Below are positions 49,348 to 58,954 of a DNA stretch of 64,000 nt, in pieces. The DNA lies in NCBI GenBank assembly GCA_035492455.1, contig DATJJE010000005.1, forward strand, positions 16,961 to 80,960, in the 5' to 3' direction. The stretch comes from Vicinamibacterales bacterium (GTDB lineage Bacteria > Acidobacteriota > Vicinamibacteria > Vicinamibacterales > UBA2999). The translations under genes and the position numbers were made by a program. Position 1 is the stretch's first letter; each line of letters begins with the position of its first letter. The notes below the pieces were generated by a model. It was not told the origin of the DNA. It searched no databases and saw nothing but the letters and a program-made list of their open reading frames with translations.

Positions 49348-52239
49348 CTAAAACGCGAGCCTGAAGCCGAACTGCAGCATGCGCGCCTGATACGCGAGAT
49401 TGCTGTTGTAGGACGGCTTGCCGTAACTCGCGCTCGTCTCGGTCAGCGTGTAGGAGCCGTAGTTCGAATGATTGAAAACGTTGAACACGTCGACGATTCC
49501 GGAGAGAGAGCGACGGCCGAAAGCAACTGACTTCTGCACGCGCATGTCTACTCGGTGTAAGGGCAGACCGACAAAGTTGTTGCGGTCGATGAGGGTGCCG
49601 TTGGGACGCAGCCGCTGCGTCGCCATCTGGTTGAAGCCGACGTCGCGAACGTCGCTGCCATACCTCGTGGCGAAGCGTGAGCCAGATCCGTAGAAGTAGA
49701 GGCCGCTAATCTGGATGCCCAGGCCAGGACTGTAGATGCCGTTGACGACGGCACGGTGCCGTTGATCGGTCACCGCCGGTCCGTAGCCGCCATAGACATC
49801 CGGGGCAATGGTGAATGCATACGGCATGCGAGTCAGCATTCCGTCAACAATCGAGTACTGCTGCGGCTGATCGGATCCGTCGCGGAACGATGAGAGTGTG
49901 TAGGTCGCTTCAGCCTGCCACCGGTGGCTGAAGCGTTTGTTGAAGCTCGTCTCGAGACCTTTGTAATTCGAGTAGCCTTCGAGAAGGCCGAGTGGAACGA
50001 TTGCCCACTCCTGAAACGGCCGATGCGCGATGTCGCTCGACGGATAATTCACCCCGGTCGCAGGGTCGTAGGAAAGGTTGATGTTGGTATCGACCTCCTC
50101 GCCGCGGCCGCCCGTAAAAACATAGTTCGCCTGCACGGACATGTCTGAGCCAACCTGACGCTCCAGGCCAATCGATCCCTGGCGAGCGTACGGCATCCGC
50201 CGCCACTTATTGTTGATTTCATCCGTGATGGAGCGACGGTAGCAGCCCGGTGCGCTGCCATTCTGGTCGCACACGTTGGCCATCACCTGTGCGTAAGTCG
50301 GAACAGGGCCGTTGAACGGATTCACCGCGAAGTCTGCGCGGCCATCGTAGAGGATGTCGGCGGCAGCCTGATGCACGGCTTCCGCCGTCTGGTGCCCTTC
50401 ATCCGTTGACGCCTGCGCATAGAAGAGACCGTATCCGCCGCGGATCACCGTCCTGTCGTTCACGCTGTACGCGAACCCGAACCGCGGACCCACGTTGTTC
50501 AAGTCGTGCGGTATGTCGTCGTTGATCCACGGCTTGAACACGTAGCCTTCCGAGTTCGCCCCGATCTGCACGTCGTAGCGGACGCCAAGGTTCAGCGTCA
50601 GGCGGCCCGTAATCTTCCAATCGTCCTGCAGCCATCCAGCGTAGAGGTTCTGCGGAATCTTGTAATGGAAGTTGGTGTTGGACACGTTCATCGTGAAGCG
50701 CCTCGAAATCGCCGACAGCGGCGCGAGGTTCCATGTCGACGCGTCGTTCCACACGGGGAAGAGCGATTGGATGTTGGCGGGCACGGGACCGTTGCTCGCG
50801 TCCAGATTACCCGTGCAGGTAGCGCACCAGAGGATGAGCGTTTGCTGACGGATGTACTCGCCGCCGATCTTCACGTCCTGCCGCCCACCCTGGTCGAAGG
50901 AGAAGGCGAAATCATCGCGGAGCGAATAGTTGTCCTGCGTCTGGTCCTGTCCGACCGCCTGGCCGATCGAGTAGCCGCGCAGCGTAATCGTCTGCGAGCC
51001 ACCGCAGCGCACCGGCGCATTCGGGAAGCAGCCGCCGTTCCACGTGACCGCCGCATCGCGTGTGTAATTGAACAACGATGCGCCCCCTTTTAACTCGTTG
51101 ACGGCCCGTACGCCGAGCACCTGCGTCAGCGTGCTGAACAGCTCGTTGCTATGCCGCTGCTCGCGTCGTGCGGTCGAGGGATGTGACGTGGCGCCGCCCG
51201 TGCCGCTGTTCGGCAGGTCGTTGTAATACTTCTGAAAGCGCAGCATGAAGTGCGTCCGCGAGGAGACCTGCGTATCGCCGCGAACAATCCCCTTGCGCTG
51301 CCGGTTCCGGGCTGCCAGATCGATGTTGAACGCCGGGTACGGGCTGGAAAACGTCACCGTCTGCGGCTGCCGCTCCTGTTCGTAGTTGCCGAAGAAGTGC
51401 ACACGGTCCTTGCGGATGGGACCACCGAAGGTGGCGACGACCTGCTGGTCCTGATACGGCACCGCACGGTTCTGGATGAAGTCCGAGGCGTTGAAGCGGT
51501 CGCTGCGGAAATAGCCCGCGACCGTGCCGGCGAACGTGTTCGTGCCGGACTTGGTCACCGCATTGGCAAGCATTCCCGACGATCGTCCTTGCGTCGCGTC
51601 GAAACGGTTCGTCAGCACGACAAACTCCGCGATCGCATCCATGCTGTAACTCGGCTGGTTCTGATCCGTGCCGGGAATCAGGTGCGTGATCTGCTGGCCG
51701 TCGATGTTGATCTGCGAGTAGCCCTGGCGCGCCTGCGGAATGTTGCTGCTTTCGTTCTGCCGGCTGCCGGGGGCAAGCATCGCCAGGTCCATCCAGTTAC
51801 GGCCGTTGATCGGCAAATCCTGCATCTGACGCCTGTCGATGTTTCCGCCGAGCGTTGAGGACGCGGTGTCAACGAGCGGCGCTTCGCCGCTGACGAGCAC
51901 CGTCTCCTGCACGGCAGAAAGCGCCATCTGCAGGTTGATGACGAGCGTCTGCCCGACCTGCACGGCCGCCGTTTTCGTTGCGGTGCCGAACCCGGGCAGC
52001 TCCGCGCTGACGCGGTACTCGCCGATGCGGAGTGGAATGCGATAGCGGCCGCGATCGTCGGTGACGGCGACGAAGCTGTTGCCCGAGGCAATGTGCACGG
52101 CGGTGATGGTGACGCCCGGCAGCACGCCGGCGCTGCTGTCGGTGATGATGCCGGTGAGCGTTGCTTCCTGCGCGAAGCTGCGACGCGACCCGCACACGAG
52201 GAGGAGCGCGAACAAAACCACGAGACGACGATTGAGCAT
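49348..52239 (-). CDS. TonB-dependent outer-membrane receptor with N-terminal carboxypeptidase-regulatory-like domain
   Basis: 963 aa. Signal peptide, GIITDSSAGVLPGVTITAVH...DDRGRYRIP, a plug-like region (DLPINGRNWMDLAML) and C-terminal ...FGFRLAF ending in Phe. Confidence 0.85.
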   Translation of the reverse strand: MLNRRLVVLFALLLVCGSRRSFAQEATLTGIITDSSAGVLPGVTITAVHIASGNSFVAVTDDRGRYRIPLRIGEYRVSAELPGFGTATKTAAVQVGQTLVINLQMALSAVQETVLVSGEAPLVDTASSTLGGNIDRRQMQDLPINGRNWMDLAMLAPGSRQNESSNIPQARQGYSQINIDGQQITHLIPGTDQNQPSYSMDAIAEFVVLTNRFDATQGRSSGMLANAVTKSGTNTFAGTVAGYFRSDRFNASDFIQNRAVPYQDQQVVATFGGPIRKDRVHFFGNYEQERQPQTVTFSSPYPAFNIDLAARNRQRKGIVRGDTQVSSRTHFMLRFQKYYNDLPNSGTGGATSHPSTARREQRHSNELFSTLTQVLGVRAVNELKGGASLFNYTRDAAVTWNGGCFPNAPVRCGGSQTITLRGYSIGQAVGQDQTQDNYSLRDDFAFSFDQGGRQDVKIGGEYIRQQTLILWCATCTGNLDASNGPVPANIQSLFPVWNDASTWNLAPLSAISRRFTMNVSNTNFHYKIPQNLYAGWLQDDWKITGRLTLNLGVRYDVQIGANSEGYVFKPWINDDIPHDLNNVGPRFGFAYSVNDRTVIRGGYGLFYAQASTDEGHQTAEAVHQAAADILYDGRADFAVNPFNGPVPTYAQVMANVCDQNGSAPGCYRRSITDEINNKWRRMPYARQGSIGLERQVGSDMSVQANYVFTGGRGEEVDTNINLSYDPATGVNYPSSDIAHRPFQEWAIVPLGLLEGYSNYKGLETSFNKRFSHRWQAEATYTLSSFRDGSDQPQQYSIVDGMLTRMPYAFTIAPDVYGGYGPAVTDQRHRAVVNGIYSPGLGIQISGLYFYGSGSRFATRYGSDVRDVGFNQMATQRLRPNGTLIDRNNFVGLPLHRVDMRVQKSVAFGRRSLSGIVDVFNVFNHSNYGSYTLTETSASYGKPSYNSNLAYQARMLQFGFRLAF

Positions 52240-52381
52240 GGTGTCCGCGCTCGGAGCAAGGAGCAGTCCAGCCGTCGAGCTGCGCGTGTTGCTTAAGGAT
52301 TTCGGCGATTCGACAGGAGTGTCGGCGCGCAGCGAACAAACATGTGCGCCATCGATGTCGCGTGCTGCGCGCGAAGCGACA

Positions 52382-52822
52382 CTAATGCGTGATGCGAGTC
52401 GAGGCGGGCAACGCGCTCATCACGGCACGATGCATCAGGACGATCGCAGGGTCGGCGTGCAGCACCGCGTCGTAATGCTGACGGAAGCCGCCCGGCGCAT
52501 CACCAGCGGTCAACAACTCACGCGTTTCCATCAACAGGATTTCCGCCTCGGCGTTCACCTGGTCGGGCGTCATCGCTGGCCGCGCCGGCGTCGGCCGCCG
52601 CCGATCGTTCGCATTGCTGATGAGTTCGTCGACGCGGACGATCAGTTCCGAGATCGGATGCAGCCACGAAAAGTTGTCATCGCGGATGAGGAGCTGCAGC
52701 ATCTGTGCAGGCGTAACCGCCCCGTGGCCCCGTTCGTACGCGGCACGTTCACGTTCGATCAGCGCTTTGTGCAGATCCAGGAGGGCGCGGCGTACTTCGC
52801 TCAGGCTTTCCGGCGGAATCAT
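52382..52822 (-). CDS. Hypothetical cytoplasmic protein
   Basis: 146-aa ORF with coherent codon usage. I recognise no motif. Confidence 0.5.
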   Translation of the reverse strand: MIPPESLSEVRRALLDLHKALIERERAAYERGHGAVTPAQMLQLLIRDDNFSWLHPISELIVRVDELISNANDRRRPTPARPAMTPDQVNAEAEILLMETRELLTAGDAPGGFRQHYDAVLHADPAIVLMHRAVMSALPASTRITH

Positions 52823-52878
52823 GGTCTAGTTTAAACTCTTCCTGTAGTTGCGGGCCTTCCAGTCCATTCCGATATATT

Positions 52879-54303
52879 GTGCGCGTTGCTGCCCTGCTCC
52901 TCACGCTTGCAACAACTGGTGCGGCGTGTGCGATCCACACCCCGCCGCGTAAGTCTGCGCCTTCCCTCGACTCGACTGCCGCCGCGAGTATTGATGCGCT
53001 CGTGCAACGCGGCTGTTACCGCTGCCTGGAGCAGGCGCAGCAGGAAGCGCTGGCGGCTGGCGATCGCGTCCGCATCTTTGAGACCGCGCTGCTGCTCGTG
53101 GCACGCGCCAAGGAACTGGGACTTCCCTTCTCCGGCTGGCTCTATCATGCGCTCGCTGCGACACCGCCGGGCGCCGACTGGTCCGACTACCTCGCCATCG
53201 TGCAGTCATTGCGGACGGACCCGCTCGCCGACGATCGTGACATCGTCCTGCTGGACACGCTGAAGAATCGCGCGTCGCCGCAAACGGTCACGGCGTGGCG
53301 CACCGACCTCGCCGCCGGCTCCGGTTCACCGCTGCTCCGCACCTATCTCGAGCTCTCGCTTATCTGTCAGTACATCGTCGAAGACCGCAACGTGACGATT
53401 GCGGCAGCCGTTCAGCGCTTTCACGATGTTCCGTTGATTCAGTATCGGGCGGGCGCATGCAATGCGACGCAGGCGCCGCACCTGCAGGAGGTGCGGGAGA
53501 CGGTACCCGAATTCGCGGACGTGGAGTTTCTGCTCGGGCGGTATGCGCTGGAGGTCCCGCAGCAACCTGACCAGGAGGAAGGCCTGCGTCGCTTCAATGC
53601 GGCACGCGCCGCGTTTTCGCAATCGCCGGCGATTCTGGCAAGTCTCGGTGCGCTTCACCGTGATCGCGAGGAGTGGGCGGACGCGCTCGAGGCGTACGAC
53701 GCGGCGCTCGCGCTGGTGCCGACGCATCGTGACGCGCTGCTCGGTCGCGTCGTGACCCTTTCGCATCTCGCGCGCTATGACGATGCGGTGGCGGCGGCGA
53801 CACGCATCATCGATCTGGGCAGCTGGTTCACCGGCGAGGCGTACTACTGGCGCGCGTGGAACGAATATCATCTGTCACAGATAGACGACGCTCGGTCCGA
53901 CACCGATCGCGCGAAGGGCTTGATGCACAATTCGTCGGTCCTCGTGTTGTCGGGAATGATCGAGTGGCACGAGCGGCGGTTCGAAGAGAGCGAAGCCGAG
54001 CTGCAGGATGCGCTGACGCTCGATGCGGGTCAGTGCGAAGCGGCGTTCCTGCTCGGCACCGTGCGCGCCGAGCGACGGCAGTGGACGTCGGGTGCGGCGG
54101 CATTCGAACTGGCGCAGCGCTGTTACGACCTGTCAGTGACGCTGCGGCGCGAGACGATCTCGCGCATCACCACCGGACCCGGCAGCGATGAAGGAAAAGC
54201 GCGGCTCATCGCGCGCCAGCAGCGCGCGATGACCGAAGAGGAGCAGCACCGCGACGAAGCCGCGGAAAACGCCGCGCAGATGCAGAAGCGAGCCGGCGGC
54301 TAG
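52879..54303 (+). CDS. TPR-repeat lipoprotein
   Basis: GTG start and lipobox LATTGAAC. TPR-like helices (WADALEAYDAALALVPTHRDALLGRV..., EAYYWRAWNEY...). Confidence 0.7.
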   Translation: MRVAALLLTLATTGAACAIHTPPRKSAPSLDSTAAASIDALVQRGCYRCLEQAQQEALAAGDRVRIFETALLLVARAKELGLPFSGWLYHALAATPPGADWSDYLAIVQSLRTDPLADDRDIVLLDTLKNRASPQTVTAWRTDLAAGSGSPLLRTYLELSLICQYIVEDRNVTIAAAVQRFHDVPLIQYRAGACNATQAPHLQEVRETVPEFADVEFLLGRYALEVPQQPDQEEGLRRFNAARAAFSQSPAILASLGALHRDREEWADALEAYDAALALVPTHRDALLGRVVTLSHLARYDDAVAAATRIIDLGSWFTGEAYYWRAWNEYHLSQIDDARSDTDRAKGLMHNSSVLVLSGMIEWHERRFEESEAELQDALTLDAGQCEAAFLLGTVRAERRQWTSGAAAFELAQRCYDLSVTLRRETISRITTGPGSDEGKARLIARQQRAMTEEEQHRDEAAENAAQMQKRAGG

Positions 54304-54321
54304 CGCCTCGCCAACACGGTG

Positions 54322-55485
54322 CTACATATACAGGTGCAGCTGCGTCAGCAGCGTCGACGAGTTCACTTCGAAGGTGTGGTTGTGATCGTGGTAGTACGAC
54401 ACGCCGACGTTCCAGTGCGTGCGCGGCAGAAAGTCGGCTTCGAAGAGCAGCCGCCGCAATTCCGAAAACCCGGGCTGCCCACCGGACGTCTTCAGCTGCG
54501 GCGAAAACTTCAACCACACGCCCCGATATGCCTCGAACGAGGTTTCGTTGACCGCCACCCACTGCAGCCCACCATGGGCTTCAGTCTGCAGGTCGGCGTC
54601 GACCTCGGTCCAGATCGATAGTCGCGACGTCGGCGCGAAGCCCAGTGCGCCTCCGACTGCTCCTGATTTCGGGTCGAGATCGCTCGCATGGCGATAGGCG
54701 GCTGATCCGACCAGCGCCGTGCGCGGTGTGAGATCCACCTGCCAGCGGCCGGCCAGCGACATGGCGCGATGACCGGTATCGGTGCGGAATGCTTCTGCTT
54801 TGCCCGCCGCTACGGTCACCTGCAGCAGCGACGGTCCCATCGTATCGCTCACCTCGACGCCATAGACCTGGTCCTGATGATCGAGGTCGAGGTAGGCGCG
54901 CGTAAAGGCCGTGTGATCGGCGAACCGGATGCCGTACGCCGGCAGGAAGCGTCCCGCGCGGATGCCGAAGCCGTCGTCGCGCTGATAGGCGAGCCAGTGT
55001 TCGTAGGAGATAAAGCGCGCATCTTCGCCGTGTGCCGGAGGTTCGCGTCCGACGCTGCCGTACGCCGTCCAGCCTCCGTGCTGGACCGCACCGATCAGAT
55101 CGAGATTCATGAGCAGATTCTGATCGACGCTGCCGCCGGGAAAGCCGACGTGCAGGTGTGACGGCCGCATCTCGAGGCCGAGATGCACCGGACCCAGGGC
55201 GTCACCCAGTGCACCGAAGAGGAACGCCTGCTCACCGTGCGGATCGTCTTCCGCGCCGGCCGCCGGTGCGGTGGCAGTGGCACCTGTCGTCGACAGCTCG
55301 CGATGCGAGAGCAGACGGCCGTACGGCGTCAGCATGCCGCCGCCGGTGGGCGAGTAATGGCACGCCGCGCAGCGTGTGTACTGCTTGGCGAGAAACATCG
55401 GCTCCGCCGAGGCGGAAGACGCGAACCCGAACATCGCAGCGACGAGCCCCAGAGACGCAGAGACGCAGAAGAATCGTTTTGTCAT
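54322..55485 (-). CDS. Secreted protein with single N-terminal CxxCH haem motif and beta-strand-rich (barrel-like) body
   Basis: Signal peptide, then YTRCAACHYSPTGGGMLTPYGR. The remaining ~320 aa show alternating hydrophobic/polar strands. It overlaps the YceI gene by 4 nt. Confidence 0.65.
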   Translation of the reverse strand: MTKRFFCVSASLGLVAAMFGFASSASAEPMFLAKQYTRCAACHYSPTGGGMLTPYGRLLSHRELSTTGATATAPAAGAEDDPHGEQAFLFGALGDALGPVHLGLEMRPSHLHVGFPGGSVDQNLLMNLDLIGAVQHGGWTAYGSVGREPPAHGEDARFISYEHWLAYQRDDGFGIRAGRFLPAYGIRFADHTAFTRAYLDLDHQDQVYGVEVSDTMGPSLLQVTVAAGKAEAFRTDTGHRAMSLAGRWQVDLTPRTALVGSAAYRHASDLDPKSGAVGGALGFAPTSRLSIWTEVDADLQTEAHGGLQWVAVNETSFEAYRGVWLKFSPQLKTSGGQPGFSELRRLLFEADFLPRTHWNVGVSYYHDHNHTFEVNSSTLLTQLHLYM

Positions 55486-56033
55486 TGTGCGGTGGTGAAG
55501 GTCACGTCGACCTGCACCGTGTCTCTTACACCGACGCCAAGGTAGCGCGGCTCGGCGATGTTGTAATCGTGAAGGTTCACGGGAAACGATGCCTTGACGC
55601 GCAGGCCGGCCCCAGCTTTCCGGACTTCAACGGGCCCGCCGACCGTCTTCGTTACACCATGCAGCGTCAGCGATCCGCTGAACGATCCTGTACCGTCCGG
55701 TGCTTCGACATTCAGTCCCTTGAGCGTGATGTCCGACAGCACCGCCTTGTCGAAGCCGGCCCCTTTGTCCACCTCGAGATATTTTTCGCGAAGATGATCG
55801 TTGCGCAGGCTGATCCCCGTATCGATTGACCGTAGATCGACGGCAAGGCTTCCGTCCAGCGCCGATCCACCATTCGCGTTGACGGTGCCGGTGAGCGCGG
55901 TTGTCTTTGCGTCGAAGCTGCCGCCGATCGTCATCGGACACTTGACGCTGATATCGCCCCGCTCGACACGCCGGGGACCGGCGCCAAGAAGGGTGACGCC
56001 TGCCAGCAGGACAGCAACTATGGTCTGATTCAT
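55482..56033 (-). CDS. YceI-family (polyisoprenoid-binding, lipocalin-like) periplasmic protein
   Basis: VDLRSIDTGISLRNDHLRE...LTLHGVTK...F is the YceI pattern. It overlaps the Rieske gene by 4 nt. Confidence 0.8.
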   Translation of the reverse strand: MNQTIVAVLLAGVTLLGAGPRRVERGDISVKCPMTIGGSFDAKTTALTGTVNANGGSALDGSLAVDLRSIDTGISLRNDHLREKYLEVDKGAGFDKAVLSDITLKGLNVEAPDGTGSFSGSLTLHGVTKTVGGPVEVRKAGAGLRVKASFPVNLHDYNIAEPRYLGVGVRDTVQVDVTFTTAQ

Positions 56034-56500
56034 GACGAGATCGTCAACACGTTGTTCGAGAACGACGTTGGAAAGGACCGGAGCGGCGCGCTTGCCGGCC
56101 CGTTAACCACCCGGCCGGTGGTTGAAAAGCGCGAGCCGTGGCACGGGCACACAAAATTCGAGTTGTCGAATCCGGTGATCGTACACGTCTGGTGCGTGCA
56201 GATGGTTGTAAGCGCACTGAAGCTCTCCTGGCCGGTGCGCGCGACGAGGAACGCACCGCTGGAGCTCCTGACCATTGCCGCGCCGCCGACACCGGCCAAT
56301 GGAGACGACGAATCGATCTGGACCTGCACGGTTGCACCGCTCACGCTGCCGTTCACGGTGGTGAGCTGCGGCACGTTGCTCGGGCTCGAGCCGCCGCCAC
56401 CGCCGCATGCCGCCGCCAGCGCGCCCAACGCCAGGCACGAGGCAGACTGGCAAGCCTGAACACAAAATGACCTGCGAGTGATGTCTGTTTCTTGTGACAT
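56030..56500 (-). CDS. Tat-exported Rieske [2Fe-2S] lipoprotein
   Basis: MSQETDITRRSFCVQ (twin-Arg), lipobox LAAACGG, Rieske boxes CTHQTC and CPCHGSRF. The start is set at 56500. Confidence 0.85.
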   Translation of the reverse strand: MSQETDITRRSFCVQACQSASCLALGALAAACGGGGGSSPSNVPQLTTVNGSVSGATVQVQIDSSSPLAGVGGAAMVRSSSGAFLVARTGQESFSALTTICTHQTCTITGFDNSNFVCPCHGSRFSTTGRVVNGPASAPLRSFPTSFSNNVLTISS

Positions 56501-56629
56501 TTCGATGATTTCAAGCGCTGGCGACAGGTCAGGAGCAAGAGATGTGCCCGGCGAAATCCCTCGTAAAGTGCGCACGTGCCCCAACGGGATTACCAGCGGG
56601 GAAAGGCCTTACGTATCATTGCGGCACGA

Positions 56630-57022
56630 ATGAATACCGCGTACGGATACATGCTTGTGTTTCTCGGAGGCGGACTTGGTGCGGCCGCGCGCCACTGGGT
56701 GAATCGCACCGCGCTCAACGTCGTGGGACCCGACTATCCCGCCGGCACGCTGGCGGTCAACATCGTCGGATCGGCTGCGATGGGCATGCTCGCCGCGTGG
56801 TTCGCGTTTCGCGGCGAGACGACAACAGCGGCCGAGCGGTTGTTTCTGACGACCGGCGTGCTGGGGGGCTTCACGACGTTCTCCGCCTTCGCGCTGGACA
56901 CGCGATTGATGTGGGAGCGCCACGATATCGGTGCGGCGCTGCTGTATGCGGGAGCGTCGGTGATTCTCTCGATCGTTGCGCTTATTGCGGGTATGTTTAT
57001 CGTCAAACTGCCACTGTCGTAG
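56630..57022 (+). CDS. crcB: Fluoride channel CrcB/FluC
   Basis: MNTAYGYMLVFLGGGLGAAARHWV...GTLAVNIVGS...GVLGGFTTFSAF. Confidence 0.9.
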   Translation: MNTAYGYMLVFLGGGLGAAARHWVNRTALNVVGPDYPAGTLAVNIVGSAAMGMLAAWFAFRGETTTAAERLFLTTGVLGGFTTFSAFALDTRLMWERHDIGAALLYAGASVILSIVALIAGMFIVKLPLS

Positions 57023-57033
57023 TGAGGAAAAAC

Positions 57034-58191
57034 ATGCGCGCTGCCACATTACTGCTGGTCGTCGTCGCCGGTGTGTTCGTTGCCGCCCAACAGGCGCCGC
57101 AGCTGCCGGCGCCATTCACGACCGGGTCCGCGAACAACGCTCCGCGCGTTGTAGACGCGCCTGCGGGCGCGAAGCTGCAGGTGCCGCAGGGATTCACTGT
57201 CGAGACGTGGGCAAGCGGCTTCGATATGCCCCGCTACATGCTGCTCGCGCCCGGCGGCGAGATCCTGCTCTCGGACAGCGGCGCCGGTGCGGTGTACGTC
57301 TTCGCTGGAGGCAAAGCAGCTGGCAAGAAGCAACTGATTTCGGGATTGAGCCGGCCGTTCGGCCTCGCCTTCTGGCAGAACTACCTGTATGTCGCCGAAA
57401 CGAACTCCGTCAAACGATACCCCTACGATGCGAAAGCGCTGACGGTGGGCCCGGGTCAGGAAGTCGTGAAGGTTCCGGGCGGCGGCAATCACTGGACACG
57501 CGCGATCGTGTTCGATCGCACGGGACAGAAGATGTACGTGTCGGTGGGCTCTTCGTCGAACATCACGCCGGACCCCGAGGAGCGCGCCGCGATCAACCGC
57601 TACAACCCCGACGGAAGCGGCCACGAGATTTATGCGGCGGGCACGCGCAATCCATCGAGCATCCACTGGTATCCGAACAGCGACACGCTGTGGGTCACGG
57701 TCATCGAGCGTGACGGGCTCGGCGACAATCTGCCACCCGACTACTTCACGCACGTGCAGCAGGGCGGCTTTTACGGCTGGCCATGGGCGTACTTCGGCCC
57801 ACATCCGGAACCGCGGCACAACGGACAGCATCCCGAGCTCGTGACGAAGACGATTACACCTGACGTGGCGCTGCCTGCGCACAACTCTCCGCTCGACTTC
57901 GCCTTCTACACCGGCACGCAGTTCCCCACGGAGTACCGCGGCGGCGCGTTTATCACCCTGCACGGCACGTGGAATCGCTCGCAGCGTGCGGGCTACAAGG
58001 TCGTCTACGTTCCGTTGGCGAACGGCAAGCCTTCCGGTCCGCCGAAGGATTTCCTGACCGGCTGGATGATCGCGCCGGGCAACAAGGACGTGTGGGGCCG
58101 TCCGGTCGGCGTGATCATGCTGCCCGATGGCAGCCTGCTCGTATCGGACGATGGCGGAAAGAAAATCTGGCGGGTCAGCTACCGTTCCTGA
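57034..58191 (+). CDS. PQQ-dependent (sorbosone/aldose) sugar dehydrogenase-like beta-propeller
   Basis: Signal peptide. RPFGLAFWQNYLYVAE, GNHWTRAIVF, GTRNPSSIHWYP, GGFYGWPW and LLVSDDGGKKIWRVSY. Confidence 0.8.
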   Translation: MRAATLLLVVVAGVFVAAQQAPQLPAPFTTGSANNAPRVVDAPAGAKLQVPQGFTVETWASGFDMPRYMLLAPGGEILLSDSGAGAVYVFAGGKAAGKKQLISGLSRPFGLAFWQNYLYVAETNSVKRYPYDAKALTVGPGQEVVKVPGGGNHWTRAIVFDRTGQKMYVSVGSSSNITPDPEERAAINRYNPDGSGHEIYAAGTRNPSSIHWYPNSDTLWVTVIERDGLGDNLPPDYFTHVQQGGFYGWPWAYFGPHPEPRHNGQHPELVTKTITPDVALPAHNSPLDFAFYTGTQFPTEYRGGAFITLHGTWNRSQRAGYKVVYVPLANGKPSGPPKDFLTGWMIAPGNKDVWGRPVGVIMLPDGSLLVSDDGGKKIWRVSYRS

Positions 58192-58777
58192 GTCCGTCGA
58201 GCACCGAGGGAAAACACTCGGGACAGATACCGTGGCTGAACTCGGCGTCCGAGTGCTCTGACAGATACCCTTCGAGCTGCTGCCAGTACTTATCGTCGAC
58301 GCGAATCTTCTTGCAGTAGGAACACATCGGCAGCAGACCACGCAGCTGCTTCACGTTGGCCAGCGCCTGCTCGAGCTCGGCGAGCCGACGTGCCATGCTC
58401 TCCTGCAGCGCCACCATGCGCATGCCGACCTGCGCGCGCGCCCGCAGCTCCGCGGCCTTGAACGGTTTGATCACGTAATCGTCGGCGCCGGCGTCGAGCC
58501 CCGTGGTGATATCGGTCGTCTCTGACGCGCTTGTCACCATGAGGATATAGAGCGGCGGAAACGAGGGCAGCAGCCGGGCCGACTTGCACAGGTCGACGCC
58601 GTCGATGCCCGGCATCATGCGATCGAGAATCAGCACGGTGGATTGCGTGCGCTCCTGAATCAGCGACCACGCGCCTTGGCCGTCCTCGGCGACTGTCACG
58701 TCCGCACCGCATCCCGACAGTGCATGTGTTGCCAGTCGTCGGCTGATGGCGTCGTCATCGGCAATCAGAATCTGCAT
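58175..58777 (-). CDS. Response regulator with C-terminal CSYCKKIR...HGICPEC cysteine motif domain
   Basis: The start is set at MQILIADDD (58777). Receiver domain, coiled-coil linker, then LPMCSYCKKIRVDDKYWQQLEGYLSEHSDAEFSHGICPECF. Confidence 0.85.
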   Translation of the reverse strand: MQILIADDDAISRRLATHALSGCGADVTVAEDGQGAWSLIQERTQSTVLILDRMMPGIDGVDLCKSARLLPSFPPLYILMVTSASETTDITTGLDAGADDYVIKPFKAAELRARAQVGMRMVALQESMARRLAELEQALANVKQLRGLLPMCSYCKKIRVDDKYWQQLEGYLSEHSDAEFSHGICPECFPSVLDGLRNGS

Positions 58778-58907
58778 GGGGCTTCCTTCGTGCTGCCGCG
58801 GCGTATGCGCCGCGGCCGGTCGCGCCGAGCGGAGCAGGGAGCGTGCCGGGTGCGGCGCGGAAAACATCGCGGTTTTACGGAGGCTTGGAAGCGGCACCTG
58901 CTGCGAA

Positions 58908-58947
58908 CGTGTGCGGTGTGCACGGATATGTGCACCGCGCGCACACG
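58908..58947. other. Strong GC hairpin between two co-oriented genes (possible U-tract-less terminator/processing site)
   Basis: CGTGTGCG GTGTGCAC ggatat GTGCAC cg CGCACACG: 8 + 6 bp with small bulges. It lies 8 nt downstream of the 58955-59953 gene stop. Confidence 0.35.
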
Positions 58948-58954
58948 TCCGTAA

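Noticed and set aside
56500-56630. Possible fluoride (crcB-motif) riboswitch upstream of crcB.
   Set aside because: The leader has an AAUCCC...GGGAUU hairpin. I could not find the conserved GAUGG and CUGAUGAU..CCUAC elements of the crcB motif. An Rfam RF01734 covariance-model scan would settle it.
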